Positions 49,958 to 61,900 of a DNA stretch of 64,000 nucleotides are shown here, piece by piece. Every line of letters starts with the position of its first letter. Within the stretch, counting starts at the first letter, position 1. The notes under the pieces were generated by a model that saw only the letters and a list, made by a program, of their open reading frames with translations, was not told the DNA's origin and made no database searches. This DNA comes from Iphione sp. A-MEVVRFRX5 (Eukaryota). The stretch lies in contig OZ320315.1 of assembly GCA_976226885.1 (NCBI GenBank), forward strand, positions 84,258,001 through 84,322,000. Direction: 5' to 3'. Both the position numbers and the translations under genes were made by a program.

Positions 49958-52900
49958 TCACTTCCCTCTTCCTACAGTATGTTGTGCCTAATGTTGCTCT
50001 CTATCCCCCATTACACCTCCAGGTCCTGTTCTTCTTACTACTGCTGCTGTGGCTCCTACTGTTGCAGGTTCAAGTCATCCATCTCCTTACTCCTCCATCA
50101 CGCCGTCGCCCGCGCCACCCAAGTGGTTAACCCCTTCGGCTTATAGCCTGCTCTATTTAAAATATGATATAAATACATGGTCTACTATTACATCTACCGA
50201 TGCCGGTTCGAAAATGCAGCTTCATATATGGCGCACGATATCAAAGATCAATATATTCAGATCAATATATGCACGTCGCGACACTCGATGTATATTCCCT
50301 TCGTTTTTAGCAGGGAAAGTTACGGAGGAAAGGGTTAAATTTTTCCTGGCCAGGATCTGGCGGTCCAACAAACAACTTTACCGAGACTCTGTCATTAACC
50401 TCGCCTACGGCGAACCCGCACAGGAGATCGCCAATTAAGTGGACAACGCGGTGAAAGTAACTCTGCAAACTATATTGCCTCGCGAGAAAATGTCCCACGG
50501 CACGTAATCAGGCCTACTTCGTGCACATACATCACAGTCTACACACGTCGAGTATCTCATGATTTTGTTTCTCTGGCACTGCTTACAAAAATGTATATTA
50601 ATATAGCACAGGTCTTCTCTTCTGATGAATTACATCTATACGAGCGCGTCTCTCGGCTATTCTCTGCCTGTTATATACAGCAGGTTTTAAACCACAACAT
50701 CACGCTAATATACAAATAAGTGCTCCCTGCTACCACACATTTCAGGTGAGTCTCCGACTAGTATCATGTGTTAAATACAATCACAGAGGAGATACAAATA
50801 AATGACATCTAAATTGCCTTCTGTCGCGTGTCTATATATGTATGCCTACATGTATGTTGCTATTGATACGGTGGGAAAGTGTCACCTGCTATTGCAACGT
50901 CTGTGACAAGTCCTCCGGCAAGGCCTTCACAGGGCAGAGTAGACTTCGTAGAGGGTGGGAAACCAAGGTAGCATCACTAACCTTAAAAAATAGTTCCCAT
51001 TATGAACCACATTCTAACTACACATAGGTAAACATATCTTTGACCTTTCACCTTTTATACAAAATACAGTAGTTAATGTAGTTAAAGGCACTCTTGATCA
51101 TAATCTGGATCGTGAACTATTTCATTGAATACTTACAGAATAAATGTATATTACGATAGCTATTAGATCTTTAGCAGGTGTGCTGAAGACGAAAAGGTGG
51201 TGAAAGGTGATATGTTTTCAGGTTATTGCCGTCATAATAGACTGTCTGGGTTCCGAGGGACCGTTGGTTCATACTTTAATCAAGCTAATGGCTCTTTTTC
51301 ATCTGTGACACGTAGTTGCATGGCCTATAAGGAATGTGCGTGAGCACCTAAAATAGCGGGGCGAGACAAGGGACAACACATCATGTAAACTTTGCCTTAT
51401 ACAGGAACATTACGGACTTGTGTATGCATACACTTGTAAGTGATATAATGAGCACACGTTTTCCTTTCTATGTGTACTCGGAGCATAGCAATCTTAGGGA
51501 GATATACTGTTAATTGTACTCGCAAAGGAGAAAGGCTTTGGGTAATGCACGCCTGTCATCGCCCGTGTGAGTTCCGACATGCTGAGAGAGAAAAAGCTGA
51601 CTAGGGTAGGTGGGTAGTTGGGGGGTATAATAGCAGGATGGGAAGTGCGGTGGACGTGGAAGGCAATGGAATAGGAGGGTTTGGGGGTGGGTGGGTGGGT
51701 GGCAGCAAAACGGATTGATGGGGAAGGTCTGAGGTAGGTGGGGTTGCATAACCACCAGATGGCCGCGTCTAGCGCCCATTGTCAGCGCCCTAACAAGCAT
51801 CATTAGCCAAGGGGGCGCTTCGTCGGCGAACGCTTCCTCATCAGCTCGGCCTACCTGTCACAAGCAGCACCTAATGCTGCAAAATCACCGCCACCCAAGC
51901 TGCGGCTCGGTCAGCACTGCCACTGGAAGATACGGAGCCATTGCAAAATCAAAACACATGTTGCAACCCCCCCTCTCCCCATCCAGGACGAGCATTTTCC
52001 CAGGGGAAAATGGAAAACTGTTATATGATCATGTGCAACGAAGCCCTCAAGTCTTCTTTCTCTCCTATTTTTGCTGCTCCTCGCGAATGTCAGTGCAGAG
52101 GATTAAAGTGGAAGAAAATACGACTCTGTCGGCGTTCTGCTCTCCGCGATCCAATATCGTCAGAAGACGTTGTCAATAGGCTTAGTGGATCAGACATCGA
52201 CACAAGTCCGGTATGTTTTCTATAGTGTTCCTCTGGTATACATGTATGTTTTTCCTTTATTTACAGGGGAAGAGACGTCTTAAATGTAAACACATATAGA
52301 GTATTCAGGTAGACGGGCTTAAGCACGTCGGTGCCGTGTCGTCTATACACTTGTCCGTCTGTCTTTTATACTGTGTGACCTTTCAGACTCGCTCCTACCT
52401 AGACGGGCTGTAGGGGGACGCTGCAGGCAATAGTTATATCCCTAACATCCTCTCCCCTTTCCGACACCCATCGTCTGCGCATAGACGAAGCGGTGTCCAC
52501 GTATAGAGCAGCAACGGTGCCGCCTGTTCAACCTTCCAACCCGCTGTTTGCCTTGTGTATGAAGCAGAATGGTGTATAAATGGTCGCTCTCAGGCAAAGT
52601 GTTATTGCAGACTGGCTGCCTTTGTGTTGGGAGGCTGGCAGAACGTGTAGCAGTTGGCTGCTTTCCATTTGTAGACAGAAGGGCATGGCTGAAGGCGATG
52701 TGCGCTGTCGCAGGCAGTGACAAAGACGGTTGTAGCTGTGTGCGTGCGCGTATGTGTGTGTGAGTGTGCATCGGTTGCGGAAGTGGGGAGCAAGGGTAGA
52801 CTTGCACTTGTGTATGTCTATACATAAAATGTAACCTGTTATGCTTAAGTATGTGCGTACGCATAATGAACTCCTGAAGTGATACTAATTATGTCAGCAC

Positions 52901-55900
52901 TCCGGTTAGTTTATAGCCAGTTCAGCTTCGTTGTATACATGAATTCCTGGAAGATGTCGTAAATATGTATATTATTTTTATGGCTGAAACAGAAATTATA
53001 TAAAATGATATGACAATACTTTTGATGATGTAATATCTGTCGCTTCCACGAGCCCCTGCCATTAACACACTTTGTAAAATGTTTTGAATAACTTTGGAGG
53101 CATTTCAACTTTCAACAGAGCGAGGGAAAGAAGATCCATTCCGGTTTTCATCGAATCTATTTTCGTTCCCCTAGATATGGATGTGCCGCCACATTAGGAA
53201 TGAATTAAGAGTATTTTCTTCTTTATTCCCTTCGCAGATCCGGCACCAAATTGGCGGCCTTATTTTACGTCGGTTCAGCCCTCGTCGCCATTCGGGCTCT
53301 TCGCTGATATTTGTTAATTGATGCGCTCGAGTCGCTGCTGGCCCGGCTGAGGGGCCGGGTATAAGGAGGCTAGTTTCGGAGAGCCAGGTCCGCCCAGCGA
53401 CCGCCCTGTCCGTGACGGCGGCCACCACAAGAGCACGTTCGGGTCGGCTGGCGCCGGTTGCTTGCTCCGACGTCCTCGCTTTTATCTTATTGTCTTTGAT
53501 CATCACAGAACATGGGGTCTGGGATCCGTCCCCGAAAGGCTGCCCTGAGGGTGAAGATGGGTCGGGTTATAAGAGATGAGAGAAAGATGCACACTGAGAG
53601 ACAGACAAACTGACAGATAGACAACAGTTAGGATTGGCAAATAAATCAGCATACAGATTACATGTACATATATGGACACAGAGCAGTGAGAGAGTTGGTG
53701 TGTTTTCCACCGACGGGGCTCCTGTTCTTGCGAACAAGGCAGGCGGATATATTAAAATCATCAGCGAAGCGATTTGCCTACACGTGTACGTATCAAACCA
53801 TATAAGAAGCATGTTTGAATCAAACTTTCCGGGAAGCCCTTGTCAGATGAGACAAACCATGCGCTCTTTGTTGTGTGTTTTTTTTTAGTTCTGATGGGCA
53901 ATGGCCACATGCTCGAGCTTTCATTCGTTCTTATCGATCCCAGCGGGTGCACATCCTGCCGCAAGTGGCTGCCCACCTCATTCCTACAAGCCAAGCTCCA
54001 GCGTGGGGCCAGGAGTCGCCCATGGAAAGTATCACTTGTCTCCCCATGTGCCTTGCGGGAGGCCCCTGCGGAGGATCTGGGGACCTGGACACCCATTCAA
54101 CTCCGTTTCCACCGGCGAGCCTAAGGGCAAACCCTTCAGCGGTGCGCGCCGACCATTTGTGTTTCTTTTTAAGTAAAAAAGTGTTGAAAGAAGTTTTTTG
54201 TGTATTGCTGAGAAAAATACCCTATTGGCAATTTCCACTGTGGAATTAATTCGCTTTAATCCAAGCTGTTTTACCTGTCACTAAATCCCGGCCCGCTTAT
54301 TTGGTGGCAACCATCACGAGTATTTGATCAACAGTTAGCGCACTAACTTGCGCCGGATTTAACCGAGCACATGTATAATGATATAGCGTTGGGCTGCGGC
54401 ATGCACGCAGTCTATGACTCAGGGTCATCCAGTGTCTGGGCCATCTCTGGCCAATATAAACGGCTTGTTAACCAGATCGTAGCCTCCAAGTCCTGTTCCA
54501 GATCCCTGCTGCAAAATCCAGTTGCCTTGTCCGCCTGCCATCCTGTACAATCACGTTATGAGAGGGAGACCTAATTGACCCATCAAACACAGGCGTCTGG
54601 ATCAGACGCAATATGAGTTATGGGCTTCCAATGGGGCCACTGGCACATTGGCCCTGGGCTTGGTCCTCGTCTAAGGTCTGGGATTAACCCTGTTTCGTGG
54701 CCATTCAAAGTGTTCATGACAGCGCTTTGAACGACTGAACAGAGCATCGCCTACAGATACTGGCTGTGTGAGAGCAATACTGCGTGTGGCTTATCATGGG
54801 GCTATAGGCTGTCAAATCAATACACTCAAGACATTTCAGCCCATTACAAGTACCTATATACTACCCACGACTGTGGCGGTATGACGCCATGTAGTGAATT
54901 CCTGTACGACAATCCACGCTATTACATGCGCATGTTTCATTTGTGTAAACGGCTTGTGGTCACACCCTGTTTCATTGATGGCTCATGATTAAGACGTTTC
55001 ATGGTGTACTACTCTATTTTCGCCATTAATCACAAATTAGCTGAATGTGCGCAGGCAAGCTGAAAGTGTGAATGTGGGGAGGACTCTTTTTTATCATATC
55101 GGGGGTGGGACTGGGGAGGAGGGTTGTGACCGGGGAATTTATGGACTATAACGGCAGTCCTGTGGTTGGCTCCTGTAGTGGGAGATTCTCGCGCGCGGAA
55201 GCTTGCCGCGGAGGGAGCAGACGGGAGAGGGCGATGCGGGCACTGGAGGAAGGAAAAGGACTCGGAGGAAAGGTCCCTCGGTGGCGCCGACGGTCCAAAT
55301 CACATTGGCCAAATTGAATTCCGGGCATTGATTTCCAGATGTGGGTGCGACAGTGCTCAGTGCCATTGATTGCCCGCTGAAAGGGAGAATGGCGGCACGA
55401 GTAAGCACATAAATGTATCGATTTCGTCGACTTGGCCCCCAAATGGGAGGCCGTTGTAACCGATTCGGCCGAGCGTGAAAAGCTCGGTGGCCGGTACGCG
55501 TCACGCTTCATTGACCGCAGACAAGCGACAAGGCAGCCTCCTCCGGCTCGATAGCTATCTGCTGGTTACGTCTCAAGTCTGTTGCGGCTCGCTGGCCTCC
55601 AGGGAGGCGGCCTGGCAAGAGCCGGCAACAGTCCCTGCCGGTATCAGCCACCAGAGGGCGACAATGGTGGGAGGACAATGCGGGCATACAGGGCCGTACC
55701 GCCATTGATGCTGCTGAATTCATGGCAGCATGGACAGTGCTGATTGTGTGACATTAACAATGTACGAAGGCAGATATTTTAATGAGTTGAGTTTTACAGC
55801 TGACAAGACCATCTCTGAATGCGTTGCTCACGACAATAATATACCTCTACACTTGTACGTGAATATACTTGTATACACATGTACATGTTATGAAGCAGAT

Positions 55901-58900
55901 ATTAAATGTCATTTTAATATGACATGAAACTGTCGCCCAGAGCAATGTAGAAGAGCGCGGTGGGATAGGTCAGAAAACGTATCAATGTATTAGCAGTGTC
56001 TCTGGGCGATGCTGTCATTTAACCGTTAACACCACTCACACCTACCTCCTTGTATCCGGTTACAACGACCGCCATTTGCGCCCTGGTAACCCGACGACGT
56101 CGCCGACGAAGAGCATCTGTCTCAGTGAATGCCTCCCATCTGTCCTGCAGGCCGAGATATTAACTCCAGATCGCTATCGTCTGACTGCCACTCGAAGAGT
56201 TCCATTCTCCCCTCTTTCAAAGAGGGTCACTGAAGGTCTCTCCATTTGGGGGTCGGTGCCCTCAGTTACCGTTAAATCGTGCGCCCCGCCATATTGATAC
56301 AACCGCTGCGCTTTTCACGTCTGGAATTCAAAGTTGTGGCTCCAGCGGACCTCTAAATACACCTCATCTAATAACGTTTAAGAATAATTTACTGCTACTA
56401 CTACAACCAGTACTAACTACTCGCTGGGGGCGAGACGCAGGTAAAGGACAACCAGGACATTAGTTTATAAAACAGTCCGCCTGGCGCCGCCTCGGTCGGG
56501 CTACCGTCGGGCTCCGTGTGAGAATATTGCTCGCGGCCACCGCATTAATAGCCCTACGCCCCTCCCCTTCACTTAGTGGCGGGCGGCACGGACACAGACC
56601 GCCATGTACAGATGGACCCGCTGGATGGCAACGCAACCGACCGTGACCACTTTTGCTGGTGCTAACAAAAAAAACGGGTTCACCCCGGGAGGAAAAAAAA
56701 CACAACAACACAGATCTGATCATCTGTCTGCCAAGGTGACAAAAGAGTCAGGATGTTAGGTCCGATTTGTCCTCACGAACGTACAAACTGTCAAATAAGC
56801 GTGCGTCACGTTGGTCGATAGTGCAGGAGTAATGGCGCTGGTCGAATCGTATCATTGCACAGGGGATAAATCAAAGATAATTCGCCTCTCTATACCAGCC
56901 TTTAAAATGCTCCTCAACGAGTAGTGATGAGATAATGTCTACGGCCAGACGGGGGCTACAGCGTTTATCATGCCTATCTGCGAGTGAAGTATGAAGATGA
57001 GAACTCCGATTGGCAGCTGTATATCACATGGACCAGTAATGTCCTGTACAACGTGACGGGCGAATAAGGTGAATAATGAAGCTGTCCGATCCCCTGCAAC
57101 ACATTTACTGCTCATAATGTGAATCACTGGCAGCAGTTGCCGTGTTTGTGGCGCACATTAATGTCACTACCCACCAGTGGGAGATTCTTCGGAGGGTGTT
57201 GGTGAGTGCAGCGGTTGGCGGTGGATGCAAGCAGTGTATATAAAAGGACACACTCAACTTTTGGAGAGCAACGATTGCCAGCTGACCAACAGCCCGACAT
57301 AAGCCTCCCACCACACTACCCAACATCTAAAGACCTCAAGCTGGTGTCTGGCTTATGTCGGAGGTCAAGGTCTAGAAGCCTGTGTCAGTTAGGGGTCACC
57401 TCAAGGTTACCGGAGGCTCAGCAGAGCACGCGGATGTCATCTGCTTCTGACGATGAAGCTGCCTGGTGAAGTGACAGGGATTGCCGGTCTTAGCCATTTA
57501 AATGAAAATGTATTGCATGTATTTATTGTAAGAGTTAAGACTTCACTTTAATAGAAGTGCATGGAGCTGAACACACTTTTAAACACAAGTCTTCATTCAG
57601 AAAGCACAAGAATAATTCTGATATAACCACTGCGAAGTTCAACCATGTCAACGTTTACATACATGTACATGTACTTCGTTTTTCTGTTAGTAAGGAATAT
57701 GAAACAGATGCTTTAGAAATAAAGAGAGGGTTGTACCGAATCAAGTGGGGACACTGCCACAACATCTTTGTTGGATTGCTGTGCAGCTGGGGATTCTCTC
57801 CTGCAAAGCCTAATGGGATATTAACTAGATAAACGAATCTATATTCAGTCACAAAATAGTCTACAGACGGGTGCTACAGTGGAGCTGGTCGAGACCTCCC
57901 ACTTGAAGGGGTTGCACTTCAGAATGGCATTGATTAAACTTAAACAGGGGCTAGGGGACAGACACTCTTGATAGGGAGAGATTGTCTCCTGTTCCCTTAG
58001 GCGTCAACACTTGTCTGCTGCTTTACACTAGCTTACAAAGCCCAGTCAAAATCCCCTTTCAACCATACTGCCCGTTGTAGCTGGCGGTGCAGGGGCCTGG
58101 AAGGAGGAGACAGGCCGGGCCTCTCTATCTTCTATTATATAACCTAGGTGATGGCGGTGGCGAGGGCAGTATGCACACAGGTGTGCTGGGAGTGGAGACA
58201 GAGGTGTTGTCCATTGATATGGTGAAACCATCCCTAGGGCTCCAAGAGCCACTAGAGTCTGGCGTGGACAAAGGACGTGTCCACTGACAATGATCAGCAA
58301 CAGACCGAAGACGCCGTGTTGTGGAGGGCCTTGGGTACAATAATACCCGGGAGAGCAGCCTTCACACCTGTCTGGTGGAGATAACCGAACGCTGTCACGT
58401 CTTGTTGACGAAGTAGTAGCTGTTACGACCGATTCGTATCTTTTAAATACTTATGACCTCAACAAGGACTATACCAATGAACGACATCCAGCCTCCTGGA
58501 AATAAAGGTGTCAATGCTGTGTAAGCCCCCACCCACCCCAGCCCGAGAAAGTTAACGAACAGATAAAAAGCTTCTATAGAAAATAATACTATGATTCAAC
58601 TGGGTAGGTATGACGGCCTGAAGGTGGTTCTTGCACTATTTTATGCTAATGACAATTCTCTGTAACAGCACAACATATGAGAATGAGGAGAGACCGAATG
58701 AAAAATTGATGGACGATCATTGTCCAGGGAAGGTATTCAGTATATGTGATATTAAGCTCCGTCATGTCATTATTCTACCTCGTGGTTTTAATTGAGAAGT
58801 ACTCCTTTTTCTTTCGCTTCTGTTGCCGAAGGGAAACACTGACATAATCATTTCCTGAATCGAGCATAACCGAATGTCAATAAAGGTATACAGACGTGGT

Positions 58901-61900
58901 AAACATATTGGAAATATCGACGATAGCTACATGCCTGGTATTTACATAAAGGTTACCCAAGGCATATGTTACACAGTTAGTTTTGTTGTTTAATATAGAC
59001 CGGGATACTAAGAAGTACAAATACATATCTCCTTGATGTTGGCGAGAGGGCTCTCAGTGCAGCGACTGCCTCCTACACGGGAGCGCTCTCACTGACTCGG
59101 GCCTCTATTCATTCATCGCCACCACACTGCGGCGACTCTAAATGGCTTTGTTTCCAGCGTGAACATCACAGCCTCTTGGCTAGAGTGGATTACATATTTT
59201 GCCCTGTGTGCGCGGCGAGACACAACAAAGTCTATCTACTAATGGAAGGCAAATAACGTCGCATCGCCTCGCTAAAAATGACGGGCCTAGCCAGCTATTT
59301 TTGATGTTTTATCCTCTCTGAATCTACCCGGCGCGCAGCCCCATGTTTATGTCTGTACAGTAGCTGTTCAAACTATACTGCGGTGCTTTTTCTGTTTAAT
59401 GCATTTTATTCCCAGCGGGAAGCGGGTGAGGTGTTTAAAAGCTCCCTTTTTACCACCGGGAGACACTGAAGGCCGTTCACATTTATGAATATCATATACC
59501 CTTTAATATCTCCAAAGCCTGTCAATGACTTAATGGTTGCCGGAACTGCCTTTAATATAAAACATATTTTCTGAGGCTTTATACGCATTGATTTCCTTTG
59601 TAAAGCTAAAGCCAATATTAATGTTCCCAATACCTAACAACAGTTTACATACAAAAACAATCATTCTTCCTGAAACTAATTCCTCCCATCAGACCATCCC
59701 TTACGAAACAAGATGTGCCGTACTTTTCTTTCCGATCGTACATACACGTATACATACGAACATGTACATGTACATGTATATGAATGTGGGGGTCATATCA
59801 GAGAAGAAATGTGACCAAAAGGAACGATACATCCATTTATTTCTCTGCAGACAATTCTATCTCTTTCTCTTACCGTCTTTATCTACCTGTCGTTCTGTCC
59901 CCTCTAAAAGTCTGAGGCTTTTAACAAGCACCGACAACAATCTAGTAGGTGGTCTTGCTGTCAATGGCTCTAATTTGGATTGAAGCCAGCTAGTCGCACC
60001 TGGCCATTCTCCTCTCACTTCTCAGGTAACAATGACAGCCACGCCTCACCCGTGGACTACGATAATTAGACTACCTGTGTCAGTGATGAATAAAGGTGGA
60101 GGGGTGTATTTAACGAATGAATTGCTGACGCTGGTAAGTGCATAAGCGTCGGATCTGGTGCAATACTGTCAAGTCGTGTGTGTGTATGATATTAGGTATA
60201 GTGTGGTGTTAAAACGCGGTCCTAATGATAAGTGAAAGTTGATGCTGTTCAAAATATTGGTAATCCAATGCCAGTGATGCGCAAACATCACAAACAAGTA
60301 TGAAATATTTTTGCAAGCTCCACGTCATTTTGCCTGGTGCCAATGGCAAAGTCGTAAAATCATCCAATGGCCAAATGGGCCAACGCCAAGACTATCCAAT
60401 GATTGACTGAACCATGCAACGTTCTGTTTACACCATCATATTATACGTGCATAACGTGACCACAGGTCAACAGTGTTACCTTCCATATGCACTGTACAGC
60501 AATATAGATGGATAATGCCTATTTCGTACCTACATGATTGTACGCGTCGTTTGACAATCAAGCCAACGTCCTGCTATAAAACGTGTGGCGAGGGAAAATA
60601 AGTCTGCAGGTCACACACGAGGCGAGTCATTTTCTACTTGGGCTCTTCATATTATGGTGCAGTATACCTCGTCCGCAGATGCGGGAGATGACTCCGTTCA
60701 TTTGACAGGTGCAGGTCTAGTTCCAGGCATTTGATTAGTACCATGGGAGCCCCTCGGGGCGCCCAATATGATGGCTGTCCTGACACCAGCACCCTCCCGC
60801 CTCCCGCCGTCCCCCTCGAGGGCTATATCTACAAGAGATTGCTATCAAAAAATGCATTCCTCCTCCTACTGACGCCACACAAAAAAACAGTGACGTCGGA
60901 TATGGAGTATTACATAGAAATATAGTTCTGGCGTATGAATGACATTGGAGACACTTGTAAATGTATACCCTACAAAATATCACCACCGCCCTATTTATTG
61001 ACATCAGACAAAGGGTTGATAACAGTAAAGTGCCAGTAACGTTAAATGACGTCATATCCGTTTCCCGACAGGCTGCTGGCTTACACCTGCCTTCCGGTAC
61101 TTCCCGGCGGTCGTCGCCGCGCGTGCAGCCGACCTCCCCTCGCCTTCCTCTTCCTTCCACGTTGATATGGCCGCCTCTTGGCCTTGAATTACATTCTCAT
61201 TCCCGAGATTAATCTCCGAGATTTGGGACCGCCAGGTAATCCTATCAGGGAGTGATCAGATTACGTAGGTAGGACAAAGTAGGCGGCTGTCCGCAGGCTG
61301 ATCCGACGTCCGCTCCCCCACCCCAACGCCCACCCCACCCCCATCCCCTGGGGACAGGCGTGTCGCTCCAATGTTCTATTTGATACCGGCTCCACCGTCA
61401 TGCCCTCCTGTAGATTCTCCTTCAGGTGCGATAACGATCTGAGCCCAGGTGTAGCACTGAGTGGGAGAAGAGACGACGAGAGCGGCTCATAATTGCATCC
61501 TTCATCTGAGCACCTACCTTTGCGAGCAGCTCGAGCCACACGGACGCCTGTCAATATTAGTTCCCGAGCATCAACCTGGATGCAGTTGCCATCGTGCCCC
61601 TTGTTCGCGGTAACGCATTCGATGACAGATCATATTTCATTTCTTTTTAAACGGTCACCTTGGTGTGAATAACGGACACGTAAACACCAAAATGGCGTAG
61701 TTTTGCGAGAACAAACGCCACCTTGCATGACAAGCATTACACTTCCACATCCAACTTTTGCATCGGCAACCTCGGCGTGTGAATGCGCTGATGCTTTATC
61801 AAAACCGCTGCTTTCACAGTGGCGGCTCTGTTTTTTTTAGATGTATATTGTATTACAGGGCATTACTTGAAGCCCGTCGATGAGTCCGAACAAAGCCACG

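Noticed and set aside
26789-57460. CTGATGA/CTGACGA motifs checked as hammerhead ribozyme cores
   Set aside because: None that I checked is followed by a pairable stem II plus GAAA.
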